A DNA stretch of 64,000 nucleotides. Origin: Dimorphilus gyrociliatus. Lineage: Eukaryota > Animalia > Annelida. Below, one piece after another: positions 11,270-24,230 of the stretch. Below the pieces are notes generated by a model. That model did not search any database, had not been told where the DNA came from, and saw only the letters and a program-made list of their open reading frames with translations. Location of the stretch: positions 124,001-188,000 of the forward strand of contig CAJFCJ010000018.1 in the NCBI GenBank assembly GCA_904063045.1, in the 5' to 3' direction. Made by a program: the position numbers and the translations under genes. Position 1 is the stretch's first letter, and every line of letters starts with the position of its first letter.

Positions 11270-14255
11270 TTAATTGTGAATTTTTAACAGACGGTTGACC
11301 TTTCTATACATAATAGTCTTCTCAACAAAAAGCAGGAAGGCTCCTAAACAGACGCCGGTGAACAATAACAAACATATACCTTCGATATCCTTGACTAGGA
11401 TAGAGGAATGGTTGAAATTCTTTCCGCCCCTCTTTAGGAGACAAATTTTATTTTCTGGCCAATAAGTTTTCATCCATTTATCTATGAGACCGGAATCTAT
11501 CATTTTCAGTATCCTTTAAATTAGATAGCATAATTAAAAGTATTTCATTATTGGATAGTATATTAGATATATATACTCTTTGTTGAAAATGTTGATCATA
11601 GGACTACCGTCTTGTAAAGCAAAAGCATAGCCTGTGGGCATGAACGATGTTGTACCTATATGGTATTGACAGGAAGAAGACTCCGCTACAATGGCATGAA
11701 CGTTTTTCGTGTCCTCTAAAAGAACAAATCGACCTTCTGCAACTCTTTGAAATCCGACAGTCAGATTATCTACTATATTCTTCCCTGGATCTTTCATAAT
11801 CCTCTTCCAAAGGTTTTGATATAATTCTGTATCCGATGACTAAACCGAATTATATATGTTAAAAGTTATCTAGATCTTGTAAACATTTTACAAACTTGCA
11901 AAACTTGAACTAGGGCTTGTCCTTTTACTAATCCAATATCATAATCAGTTGCCTCTTCTAGGTCCATTAAACTATTTATAGGAGATGCCACTTTTTGAAC
12001 AGTTAGAAATGCAGTTAAATTTCCTTTGTAAATAGCTGATAAAATGAGAACAGTCAACCAAAACCCAGCAGTAAATAAACCAATCCCAGGACCTAAAAGT
12101 TTTACTCGATAACCTAAAATATAAAATTTATCTTGTTATCGAATTATCCTGTTTTTAATGCCTACTTTGAGATAAAAAGGAAGCAATAGTAAACGTTACG
12201 GAATCAATGAGCGTCAACAAGCGTTTGCTATTAATCAATAAGCACAACAATTTTGGATTTTTTCCTTTTGATTCTTCTATTACGCGAAACAAGTAATGAA
12301 GTCCAACTACTAGCGGACCTAACGAAGCTATACAATACCATAGCGTTGATCTATAAGAAAAGCACAAATTTATTTCAATATTTTGTTAAATATCTAGTAT
12401 TTTCTAACTTGAATGGTCTTAAATAAGCCAATATGTGGCTATTAGTGTCTCCAGTTTTGAAAACTAAACTGTGAGAGCCTTCCCAAATTGGAGTTATGAA
12501 ATCGATAGCTTCCTCTCTATGAGATGTAATTGTAAAGGATGCAACTCCAAAATCAACCTCCTTAAACGAGTAAGCTTTCTAAAAATAAATTAAAAAGTAA
12601 CTTGAACAAACTTTTCTTTTGACCATTCCCACCATCCCATTCCAGCGCCCTGACTTGGTTTGAATTCCCCATTGACCATCGGGAGGTTCAGAAATAACAT
12701 AGCTGTAACAAATTTCTTCTAAAAATTGCTTATTCCTTTTTACCTAAGCAGGCTACTTACGAAAAATTAAGCCTTTTGGACAATTCATTAAGAATGTCAA
12801 ATGCCAAACCTGAAAAGTAGGCACTTCCATTTACGTAGTATTTCTTAATTTGAAAGAGTTTATTCTATAAGAGAAATAAGTTATTATTAAGACTGCAATG
12901 TACAATTACACCTGTATTTATCTATAAATACACAACTGGAACTGTAGTTATATTAAATATCTTTCCATCAAATCCGGAAAATTTTCGATTTATTGATGAA
13001 AGCGGTAAAGGAAAAGAATCTTTGAAATTCCAGGTAAATTTATTATTAACAATGACAGAATTATGTAATTCTAACTGTAATTAAAAATATCTGATATTAT
13101 ATACATTTTCTAAAAGAGAAGCTAACCTCATGTCGACCAGAGTTTTCATTACGTCTTTGTAAACCGAGAAATACCCAATTTTTTTCACAAGTTATAGAAC
13201 ATATTGATGAATTAATCAAATCTGAAGATGCATCCAAACTGATAGAAATTACATTTTCCCCACTAATCAGAATTCTTTGTAAGTTATAACTCTTTTTCGT
13301 TATGACAAACCATTCGTTGAAAGGTCCAATTATTTCTAATTTTCTAGACTGGTAAATTAATAACACAAAGATATTCAGTGGGGGGCGAGTATAATGTATA
13401 TACTAATATTTCTCTTTCGGAGAAATTTTACTAGTGGAAAGTGGAAACTAATACTTGAAGAAGATTAGTTACGAATATTTTTAGCGACTTACTAATTGGA
13501 TTGTTTCTTCAAGTTGTCTCTCTCCAGACGATAGTACAATAATAAATTTAGAATATTTCCTTTGTTCATAAATGTATTTCTGACTTTTATTAAATTGATA
13601 GTTTATATCAAAAGCTTTGTATTTAGTAAGCTTTAATTCATTAGCTGCTCTCCCTAATAAACCACCTAGAGATTGCACACAGTTGGAAGAAAAGATATTG
13701 TATTTGCAACTAATCTTTTTTATTGATGATAAATCTTACCAAAAATCTTGTCGTATAAAAATGTTATATAACTTCCTTTTTCTATGGTATAAATAATATT
13801 AACGATGTTAGTTAAGGCGTTTGTCAACTTTTTTTCAAATAGGTCATAATTTATTATTTTATACTCTTTATTATAATCATACAATGAGAACCTTCGAGCA
13901 TCACTGTAACTATCAAATAGGATATATGTGTCCCGATCGCCTAGAAATAATGAAAAGTCTATTAATTAAGATTAATTATCTCCAGTATGTAGTTTAATTT
14001 TTATCAGACCTAATTTTAAATAATAATCTAACTCTGTTTCACTATAAAAGCAGTGAACCTTAGTGACCTCTTTTGTCAGACAAGAGCAAAAGCTTTCTTG
14101 ATATTTCATACATCTTTTCGAAAATAAACCTGAAAAAAATCAGTGTAATAGAAGTTGATAATTAGTAATTAATTCTTACCCAATTTATATCCACTCTTTC
14201 TTGGAATACTTAAAAGTAAGTACAATATTTGCGCTATTGATATCCAAATTTTCAT
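11270..14255 (-). CDS. Divergent ionotropic glutamate receptor / variant ionotropic receptor (IR)
   Basis: Signal peptide MKIWISIAQILYLLLS at 14255; S1 (PPDGQWG...WNGMVGMV, VDFGVASFTITSHREEAIDFITP); M1 TLWYCIASLG; pore DSVTFTIASFLSQ; M3 SAIYKGNLTAFLT; S2 YGFAL-like GYAFALQDGSP; M4 DIEGICLLLFTG. N-terminal exons not fully resolved. Confidence 0.85.
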
Positions 14256-14878
14256 AAGGAATGAGAAATATCGAGTATTTGATATAAAAAGAATATATTG
14301 TTTATTTAAGACAAGTGTCTATACCTCCCAATTACGTATAACTAAAGATGTAACGTTCCCGCTAGTGACGTCTATCGCTTATATTTTGCTATAATTTACA
14401 GTTGTACATTAAAAATAGAAATATAAATCATTAAGTTACGTAATAAAAAAACGAGAGAAAATTATCAGAAGTTTCTAATGAAGCTCATAAATTGCATACT
14501 TTGTGAAATATAATAATCTTATTATTGCGAAAAACTGTAACTGTAACATAGGCAGTCTTATATAGAATTAACTATTTAAATAGTTTGAATTGTACAAATG
14601 AATTACATAAGGAAATTACGTGCTATTCTGAAGGATCTATATAGTTAATACAATATAATTTTATTAGCTCATAAGATAGTTATTTAGAAGAATGATTAAA
14701 AAAATGATAAAAACGTGAATAATTTGGAATAATAGAAATTGTTTTGAAAGAGTACGACCTTTAGAGCAGTTCTAATGAGTTTTAAAATAAAAATTTATGA
14801 CTCAAATTGAGAAAGTCCATATGCAACTAGATATTGATAAAGTATAAATACCTGCAAAACTATCTACAGTAGACAAAT

Positions 14879-15706
14879 ATGAAGGGAAAAGAGTTTATCG
14901 TAATCTCTCTGTTCTTTAGTCTATTCTACTTCATAGATGGTAGAATAAGATATGTTATCCGTAATGGGGATGGGGTAAATATTTGGAAACTAATTTAATA
15001 AAAAAGAAACCTATTCACAAATTATAATAAAATTTTTAAGGATCAAGTTCTCGAGTTGAATACTAACTCAAACGGAAAGCAAGTATATAAAGATTCAGGA
15101 TCAGGGGCGTACAAAGATCTAGGTGTCTGGGATCCGAGCAACGAAACCGGATGGTATATGGCTGGCCAGAGAGCTCAGGTACTTATTTCAGTTTTATCCC
15201 GTTAAATCAGCTAATTTTATACATTTCAGCCTTCACATGGAGGACTATCGGGAACTATTGTCATGGTAAAAGAGTTAAGGCCAAAAGATAATCCAAGGTT
15301 GTTAGTTGAGCCTACTGATTTTAAACAAGTTTGGGAAAACCGGGGAGGCTTAGCCTATGATGATATTGGAGTATGGGAAATGGAATGCCCAACAAATTAT
15401 GTTTGGTTAGGACATATATCCCATGGATGTGACGGTTGCAGATGGCCTAAGCCAAGTTGGTACAAAACTAGAGTAAGATGTGTACATAATACAATGGTAG
15501 ATGAGTGTACCTTGGAAAGAAATCCATTGTGGACAAACGAAGGCGATACTGCAAATACAAAAGCCTCCTTCTGGAATTATGACACAAGAGTTGCAAATAG
15601 GTTCAGTGGCTTTTACATGACCCGAGCTGGTAGTTATGATGAACCACCAAATTATAACAGAAAAGTCTATTGCTTCAAGCAACACGAAGAAATAGAAGAC
15701 CTTTAA
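14879..15706 (+). CDS. Secreted Vps62/DUF946-like repeat protein (~236 aa)
   Basis: Exons 14879-14974 (signal peptide MKGKEFIVISLFFSLFYFIDG), 15041-15178 and 15230-15706, all phase 0. Repeats VYKDSGSGAYKDLGVWDP..GWYMAG and PTDFKQVW..GVWEMECPTNYVWLG..RVRCV resemble the Vps62 pattern. TATA-like TATAAATA near 14843. Confidence 0.7.
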
Positions 15707-16009
15707 TATTCTCAATACCATCGACAATCAATTGTAACATTTATTTCCTACCAAATAAACTTTAAATTAAAATAAAACTATGAACGTTTATTTTTCATTC
15801 ACTTTAGGTTAGTATCAGGCGCTTTCTCCTCTTTTTCTTCTTTCTTCTTATCATTCGGAGTTGAACTATAGAATTTGGAATAAATCATTTTAGTTATAAG
15901 TTCTTTTATCTTTTAGAATTATTATACAATTAGTTAGCATTGCTTATTTTAGAATTCTATACAACAGTTAATAAAATGCTTAATAAGCAACTAGCAGATG
16001 GCTATTCTT

Positions 16010-17465
16010 TCATATCTGATGTTGCCTTACAGCGCTGATGATAAATATAGACGTTCCATAGACAACAGTAAGGGTGCATTCCACATATAGAGGGCTGATT
16101 ACAAGATTCTCGAGTATATACATATTTGTGCATTTGTAAATGTAATATGTATATGCTAACCTCACATCGATAGGATCGACATTACCGGTATGTTTTGGTG
16201 CCGTCTTGGTAAATTCCATGACGTCCGTACTTGGTAGCTCCATACATTCATCCGTTTGATCGCATAACGCTACAAAACGGAAAGACCTTTCCAATTTTGA
16301 ATGGACAGGTCTTATGGATGGACCAACTAGATTAGCTACCTCTTTTTTTTCTTTGTTACAAAATAATTTCTTTCATTGAAATGGAATATTTGACCAAAAA
16401 ACGAAAATTACCTGAAACGCCAACTATATTTCGAATGGACAATAGATTTGTTGATTGAAGTGCTATTAGGACGTGTGTTGCCACTTCGATATTATCGAAC
16501 GAATTTTTACCAAATTCACTTCTTCTAGCTAACCATAATAATGAAGACTCGTAGTCCTCATCAAGAAGATAGCGACGTCCACCCGCATTTATAGCTTGTA
16601 GTGCCAATGCGGTTTCTAAAACAGATCCGTAAGAGTTATCATTTCTCCTCTTTCTCAAAATATAATCAATGGATCTCCCCAAAGCTTGTCCAACTATAGT
16701 CTTGTCTCTGAAGCATGATAGCGCCATAACAGACATGCATGTTTCACCTAAATATATAAACATCACTATAAAACGAAATTTAAAGAAAACCAGAAATTAT
16801 ACCAAATCCTCCCGTGAAGCTGCCGTCACTTTTCTGCAGTTTAATGATTTTATATAGATGGTCCAAATGAATATCGGTTCTGCCATTAAATAGAGCTATA
16901 ATTGACCAACTGACAGCATAAGCATTAGTTTTGCTGTAATATACGGTTTGTTGTAAATGTTGGGATAACATTTCAATTAGATTATGGCCATAAAAATTTG
17001 ATGGATTACGAAAGAGTACTAATAGGGCATTGATATATTGAGCTAGTCGTATTGTGGTCAATTCTTTTCCTATACCTCTGACACTTCTGAAAAGATTAAT
17101 TCATTAAAGAAATTATTTTGCAAATAAACAAACCGGCTAAGTGAAGAGAGAAGTTGAATATCTAATTTGTCTATTGTTCTTTGAGAATCTATGTTGCCGA
17201 AAGCCCAATGTGTATCGGACAATTGTAAAGCCATCAAAACTAGCGGTGTATTCTGATAAGACCAATCTCCTCTAGTATTTCTTTTATTTAGTAAATATTG
17301 CTTTAGCCTCAGACGTTCTCTTATTAAATTTTCCGTATTAGCATCCTCTTTTGTCAACATACATCCTAGAAACAATCCAGTAATTAAGCATGCTAAAGAT
17401 CCAAATACCGTCAACAGTACTAATCGAATACATCCACAATTATCCGGTCGGTTTAAGCGGAGCAT
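16010..17465 (-). CDS. Transcobalamin/intrinsic-factor family (CG3556-like) cobalamin-binding alpha-domain protein
   Basis: RLAQYINALLVLFRNPSNFYGHNLI, KLQKSDGSF, GETCMSVMALSC and NSYGSVLETALALQAIN match the Cobalamin_bind helical repeats. N-terminal hydrophobic anchor. 3' exons less certain. Confidence 0.72.
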
Positions 17466-18294
17466 CTAAATGAAAAATGAAAAGACATAATAATTAGCTT
17501 TTGTGCATAATTTTAAAGACTAAAATCATTACGTTGCATGAGGAGCTCCTTAGAATTCTTTATTCAAAAAATTTGTTCTATTCCTTATGGTAAAAAGCAT
17601 TGTTTTTATTTATCAATTTTATATTGCTGCTGCAAGCAGATATTTTTTCTCTACTAGATATGCTACCATCGATTTTGCGTTACAATCGATAGACGCCGGA
17701 ACCGGAAAGGCTGCATGAGGCAGACAAGTTCCTCTGTATAGTCTTTCTAATTGCTATCAATTATATAAGAATTGTCTTTACCGCTTTTGAACCTGTCTTA
17801 GATTGCCCAACCACTTTAATAAAATAACTTTTATAATGTAATAAATAAAATGAAAGATAGATACGAAAGCAGATAAAAAGAAACTGATCCAGAAAGACAC
17901 TATGTTAACTTTTAATTATAAAAAAGTTTTTAAAATTACAAACAGAAAAAAGGTAATAATAGGTAAAATTGTTTAATACATCAAAAATAGACGAATAACA
18001 GCACTACAAATGATCCCTCTTAGTTTTTCACTGTCAAATACAATTGCAACTACTTAACGATAAAGGAGAACATTTACATCCATAATATCAAAAACAATGT
18101 ATCTTATCTGCTGTCCATATAAATTATTAAACAAAAGTTAACTTATTGCAATCGATTGAAAACATTGAATATCCAATTTTAAACTCCATTAATATTATTG
18201 TCATATAGCATATATTTCGAATACTTCTTGTAAAGCAATATATTTATTTATTAGACAGAACAAAGAACTGAATATCATTCAAAAGTATTGTTTA

Positions 18295-19566
18295 TTATAA
18301 ATCTCTCAGTCTAAGTCGTAATCCACTAGTTGTTTCAGTGCTGTGGTTCGAAAAAAGACAAAGACTTTAGCAACTAAATTATTTTAATGTGAATAAGAGA
18401 GACAATATAACGAACCATGAGACCAAATCTGCTCCAATTAGATCATAAATATGGTATGTCATACCTAATTTCGCAACTTTTGGAAGTTTTCTTTTTTCCA
18501 ATTCCTTAAAAATTCAAGAATCATTTATAAACAGTTATAAACTTATCATTTATATAACGGATGTAGTAAACTTACCGGCTGTAGTATTTCCTTATATTTA
18601 CATTTTTTTATCATCGTTAAACATGCCTTTCGACCTCTCATCAATGATTTTGAATACAAGCTTACTGACGGAATTGAAAGCCAGTAGCAACCAACGTCTC
18701 GAACAGTTAGTAAACCAGCAGAAATTAATGCTCTGTTTGTAATTATTAATAATAATTTGTAACATGTGCATAGTTATATACATACGTAATATCATTATCG
18801 GTAATGTGATTTTCATTAAGCTGCTTCTTGTCTACGCTAACAAAGTTACCTTTCAAAATAATGTTATTCATAAATCTATCTGTTGAAATGTAAAAAAAAT
18901 GCTTTTAGGATTCGCATGAGATTAGAATAATCAACCTAAAGCAGTCTTTTTCAGGGCTTTTGGTAAGAGAATTTCGTGTATGTGATTCTTATAATCATCT
19001 GTAAGCACCAAGGCAAAATCGATATCTTCAGATCCTAAACGGAACAACTTCACCTCTCCATTTTTCCGCATATCATCCTTCAACAAAATGTCATATTAAA
19101 TATTTATCAAATAATAGTCGATAATTATTGTGCTTCAGCTAAACTCACCAACTCTCTATCGACCTGAGTTCGATCAGAAACTAAAGCGTACAGTTGATGT
19201 TTAAGAACTATAGCTGGTATTTGACTTTGAAATTTATCCGTAGGAAACATATTCTTTATTAAAAAATATGCACTTCTGATTTCCGAAAAGTCATCGAAAT
19301 CTGTCAGTTTAAACAGTGTTCGAATTCATAGCAATGCGATCATTTAAAGTTAGCGTAAGCTTTCTATTATTGTACGTTATCGAAAATTGAATAGTTTCAT
19401 ATAAATATAATATATTTTTTAAATAAGGTAAATATAATTATTTTATTTTATGCATACCGGCATCTTGCTCATTTAATTCTTCAAGTGTTGCACCATTCGA
19501 TGATTCATTACATAATCGTTTCTTACTTTTGTAAGCATTTGGTACTAACTGTCTCTTCCGATTCAT
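18295..19566 (-). CDS. STK19: STK19 (transcription-coupled repair factor, formerly called a kinase)
   Basis: Spliced translation gives IPAIVLKHQLYALVSDRTQVDREL, GEVKLFRLG, LISAGLLTVRDVGCYWLSIP and KLGMTYHIYDLIGADLV..TTSGLRLRL. Basic N-terminus MNRKRQ..KSKKR. These exons are mostly missed by the ORF track. Confidence 0.88.
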
Positions 19567-20205
19567 ATTTGCTGAATATTCGCCTGATTGTTAGCAAAAA
19601 TGTCTGCAAAAAAAATTTAACAACGAAATCAAACAAACCAGGGGGAAATCTGTAATCGTCCGTATCGCTACTGCTGCTATAAAGATTACTTATCGGTGGA
19701 TAAGCCTGAACATTGCGTGAATTTGACATAACAGATATATTAGTTTAATTTGTAAATTTCATAAATTTAAGACGTATTATATCTTTTTAATAATTTTTTC
19801 ACACACAGGTTACTTCTCGTCGCTCCGTGAATTTTTGTGAGCTTGATTAGATGGGAATTTTTCCACATAAATTGTTTTGCAAACGTACCGATTTCGATTG
19901 GATATAGAAAAGATTACAACTATCTATCTACGAAAACCCACATTGTTAATTATTAGTTCATCATAGTGAAGAAACTTGGTTTTTTTATTTCAACCGATTG
20001 ATGGCTCAAACCGGATACAGAAACCTTCTCTGTGACCTTAAGAGTAGTAGACAGATTCGCAAGTTTTGTAAAATCAAAATGGCGCACTACATTTTACAGA
20101 CTGAATGCTTATAATGATTAGACCTCTATATAGACTAGTAGAGAGTGTCATCTTTCGGCTATTGGGAACATTTTGTCCTAATCAGGCCTATTCCATGACG
20201 TTTAC

Positions 20206-20237
20206 AACGTGGCTTAGGCGACTTAACGAAACGTGGC
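20206..20237 (+). promoter_or_regulatory. Two AACGTGGC motifs upstream of PDI, possible UPRE/XBP1-type cores
   Basis: Identical 8-mers at 20206-20213 and 20230-20237, about 80-110 nt before the PDI ATG. Confidence 0.35.
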
Positions 20238-20316
20238 ATTCCTTCTCCAAATTGGAAAGAGATAGCGTCTTAGACCTTTATTAATTGTATCAATTATTAG
20301 ATTTACTGGTTACATC

Positions 20317-21985
20317 ATGTTTAAACTAACATTACTCTCAATCGCTTTGCTACTATTTAGTCAGCTGGCACTTGTATCAACAGAAGAACCAGAAATTAAA
20401 GAGGAAGAAAGAGTTCTTGTTTTGGAAGACGGAAACTTTGACCATGCAGTTAGTAACAACGAATTTATTCTTGTTGAATTCTGTAAGTATTTTGAAACAT
20501 ATAAACTATATGTTACTAATTGTGGCATTTGTTGCAATAATCTATAATAATGTTAATGACAGATGCACCTTGGTGCGGACACTGCAAACAACTGGCCCCA
20601 GAATACGCCAAGGCTGCCCAGAAGCTCTTTGATGAAGGCTCCCCTGTAAAGTTGGGCAAGGTTGATGCTACCGTTGAAAAGAAATTGGCCGAAAAATTCA
20701 AGATTGGAGGCTTCCCCACTCTTAAATTCTTCAGAAACGGAAACCCAACCGACTACAAAGGTAACCAATTAGCTCTTTGTCTATTTAATGTAGTCCTATA
20801 TGTACACGTATTCATGTTAAATGAGTATGTGGCACATCATTTGTACATTATCAACTCCTGTTTCAATATACTCAATTAATTACAGGTGGAAGACAAGCCA
20901 ACGATATTGTAAATTGGGTAACTAAGAAGAGCGGTCCCCCAGCCATTAATTTGGAAAATGTTGAAGCTGCTAAAGCTTTTGTTGACAAAGATGATGTTGT
21001 TATTGTAGGTTTCTTTAAGAATGCTGAAGATGCTGAAGCAAAGGCTTTCCTTAATGTTGCCGCAGCTTTTGATGATTTACCAATTGGCATTTCTTATGAT
21101 GAAGCTGTAAAGAAGGAATATGAAATGGAAAACGGTGTTTCAATGTTCAGAAAATTCGACGATGGTAGAGTAAATTACGATGGAGATTTAACTGTTGAAG
21201 ATGACTTGACCAGCTTTATCAATTCAAACCGTCTTCCATTAGTCATTGAATTCACCCAAGCCAGTGCATCGAAAATCTTTAGTGGTCCAATTAAAAATCA
21301 TCTTCTCCTTTTCTTGGAAAAATCTAGCGAAACTTTCGATGATCTTGTAGCCAAATTCAAAGGAGCCGCCTCCAGTTTTAAAGGACAAGTTCTTTTTGTT
21401 TACTTAGACGTTGTTGAGGGTGAAAATAAGAGAGTCTTGGAATTCTTTGGTGTTAGCGATAAAGATGCTCCAACTGTTAGATATATATCATTGGAACAAG
21501 ATATGGCCAAATTTAAGCAAGACTTTGATGATATCAATACTGAAAATGTTAAAGACTTTGTTGAAAGAGTTAGAGATGGAAAAGTTAAGCAACATCTCAA
21601 AACCGAGAATATTCCTGCAGATTGGGATAGCAAAGCCGTTAAAGTCCTAGTTGGGGAAAACTTTAACGATGTTGCCAGAAATGCTGACAAAGCCGTTCTG
21701 GTTGAATTCTATGCACCATGGTGTGGGCATTGTAAAAATCTCGAACCAATTTGGAATGAATTAGGTGAAAAATATGCTGAGCGTTCAGATATTGTTATTG
21801 CTAAAATCGATTCTACTGCAAACGAAATTGAAAATGTTAGCATTCGTGGATTCCCCACTATCAAATTTTTCCCTAAAGGATCTGACGAAATAATAGATTT
21901 CAAAGGGGAAAGAACTCTCGATGGTTTCTCCAAATTCCTTGATGAAAACGTAGGAGTCGCTGCCGATAAGAAAGATGAACTTTAG
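20317..21985 (+). CDS. P4HB: Protein disulfide-isomerase (a-b-b'-a')
   Basis: Signal peptide, two APWCGHCK active sites, C-terminal KDEL, three exons. Confidence 0.96.
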
Positions 21986-22362
21986 TTCATGAATATTTTG
22001 TTAACGTCCCTTTAAAAAATCAAATAATTTAATGTGAGGAACGTGTTACTTTCGTTTTGTAAAATTTATTGCAATAAAATTTTTCTAAAAGTTAGCTAAA
22101 AATTTTTCAAAGTTCAATTTAATTATAAAATTTTTAATTATCTAACAACATATGGTGTTTATCTAAAGAATTGATTTCTTAGTTTTATGGATTTTTCCAC
22201 TTTAGGTTAGCGATCTCGATTATCGCATCGCTTTCTTATATCGTTTACATATTATCACTTCCTAACCTTGCATTTCCGGTGTGATTGTACGAAAAATTGT
22301 AGAAAACATCTTAATCGGAATTTATATTAGTTTAAAATTGAAATCTACAATTATCAGTAAAA

Positions 22363-24230
22363 ATGAAATGGTTTGATGGTAATGTGACTGAGGCTATTCA
22401 ACAAGCTAAAGAAAGATCATCTTTGTTTATTGTATATATATCAGGTTGTTGTTTTTCGTTTCTTTCCTTTTTTCGATTTGAATGCTATTCAAGACATATT
22501 ATTAGTTTAACAATATGATAATATTGTCTTCTTAGGCACTGATGAAATATCTAATAAAATGATCCAAACTTGGGAGAATGAAGATGTTTGTAAAGCAATC
22601 GAAGAAACAAGAAGTGTTTGTCTAAAATTAGAAGCAAATAGGTTCGTTTATTAGATTAATGTGTTTAATCTTGACATTTATTATATTTTTTCACAGTGAA
22701 GAGTGTGCACAATTTTCAGTCTATTGTATCCTTTTTTTAAGATATGATTAAGTAATTAGACATTTTCTAGTATTTAATATGTTGATTCAATGAGAATATT
22801 TAATTGTATTTAATCCTTGACTGAGAATATTAAGATCCTGTAATGACAGTTCCAACAACATACTTTATTGGATTCGACGGCAAGCAGAAGCTTATTGTAG
22901 CAGGTTACGTCGAATCAGCTGATTTTTTAAAAAAAATAACTGAGGCATGCGATGGTGTCAGTCCATCTGATTCTGCATCTGGAGTTGACTTGTCTATAAA
23001 CGATAAAGTCGAAAAAGCTAAAGAAAAATTGCGACAAAAACAAGAGGAAAGAAAGTTTGAAGAAAGTCAAAAGGAAAAGGATGACGAACTAAACAGACGA
23101 TCTGTATGCTATAATTTTTTGTGATGATATATTAAATAGTGCTATTTTTCAGACGGGCAAAAATGTCACAAAATTGAAACAGTGGCAGGAAACTAAAGAG
23201 GCAGAAGAAACTAGAAATCAGATTATTAAGGACAGAGAAGAGGATAAAAAAGCAAAAGAAAGAATTAAAGAACAAATTGCAAGAGATAGGTAAATCAGAT
23301 TTTATTACTCTGAACAAACTTAAAGATTTTTTGATAACCTAGAGCTGAGCGTAAGGCTCGATTTGAAGAGACACAACGTCTTAAGAAGGCGACCACCGAA
23401 AAAGAGAAACAGGAAAAATTACAAAGAGAAGCCGATGAAAAGCGAATGGAAGCTTCTAGAAGAAGGTAACCTTTACTTTTTTTTTTTTAAAGAAATGAAG
23501 GAAACGGTGCTTCCTTGTTGCAGTGAAACTGCCCGTATACAGTTTCGTTTACCTGATGGTCAGGCTGTAAATCACTTTTTCCCTTCTGGTAATAAATTTC
23601 AAGACGCAGTTGATTATTTAAGGACTGAGGTTATTCTTTTAAAAAATTAAAGTGTATTTTAATGTAATCGTTTATCTAACTTCACAGCACTCTCTAAAAA
23701 ATATTCAACTAATGACGAATTTTCCCAAGAGAATCTACAATCCGAACGAATATGGTTTATCATTTAGTGAATTACAGCTGGCTCCCTCATCTGTGATTAC
23801 TGTTAAATTGGTATGTGCGGTTTATTTTTTTATTATAAATAAAGCGTGTGTATCGATAGCTCGGAAGTTTTATGTCAACTCCTGGAGATGGTGGTGGAGG
23901 AATGGGTTTAGTTTCAAGTATCTACAATACTATATCAAACTCTATAACCTCTGTTTGGAACATGATTTACACATTTGTATTTGGTACACCACAACAACCA
24001 GCAGTTCAATCTAATCGATCCAACAGTCAACAACAAAGAGACTCTCAGACCTCTTCAACTTCGTAAGTAAACAGGTTTTTAAAACTCTTTTCCGAGCTGG
24101 TGAAGAATACACTAAATATATTAACAGAAATACACTGAGGCATCGTTCGAATATAGCAAGGTTATCTGATAGGAGGAATGACGACGATGACATGGCACTT
24201 TACAACGGTAATTCTACGCAGCAAATGTAA
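22363..24230 (+). CDS. UBXN4: UBX domain-containing protein 4 (erasin)
   Basis: MKWFDGNVTEAIQQAK start, coiled coil with IKEQIARDR, UBX ARIQFRLPDG, hydrophobic hairpin, terminal YNGNSTQQM*. Confidence 0.92.
22726..22834 (+). other. U12-type (minor spliceosome) GT-AG intron in UBXN4
   Basis: 5' site GTATCCTTT at 22726, branch site TCCTTGAC at 22814-22821, AG at 22833-22834 with no pyrimidine tract. Removal gives in-frame FSVYYPVMTVP. Confidence 0.85.

Noticed and set aside
11507-11517. GTATCCTTT on the + strand near the IR gene
   Set aside because: Wrong strand for the IR gene; it is the reverse complement of an exon acceptor.
19523-19729. ORF MSNSRNVQ...
   Set aside because: Overlaps a probable STK19 5' UTR intron and is out of frame with the STK19 ATG at 19566.
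20516-21933. Several antisense ORFs over PDI
   Set aside because: Shadow frames of a highly expressed gene's codon bias; no homology.
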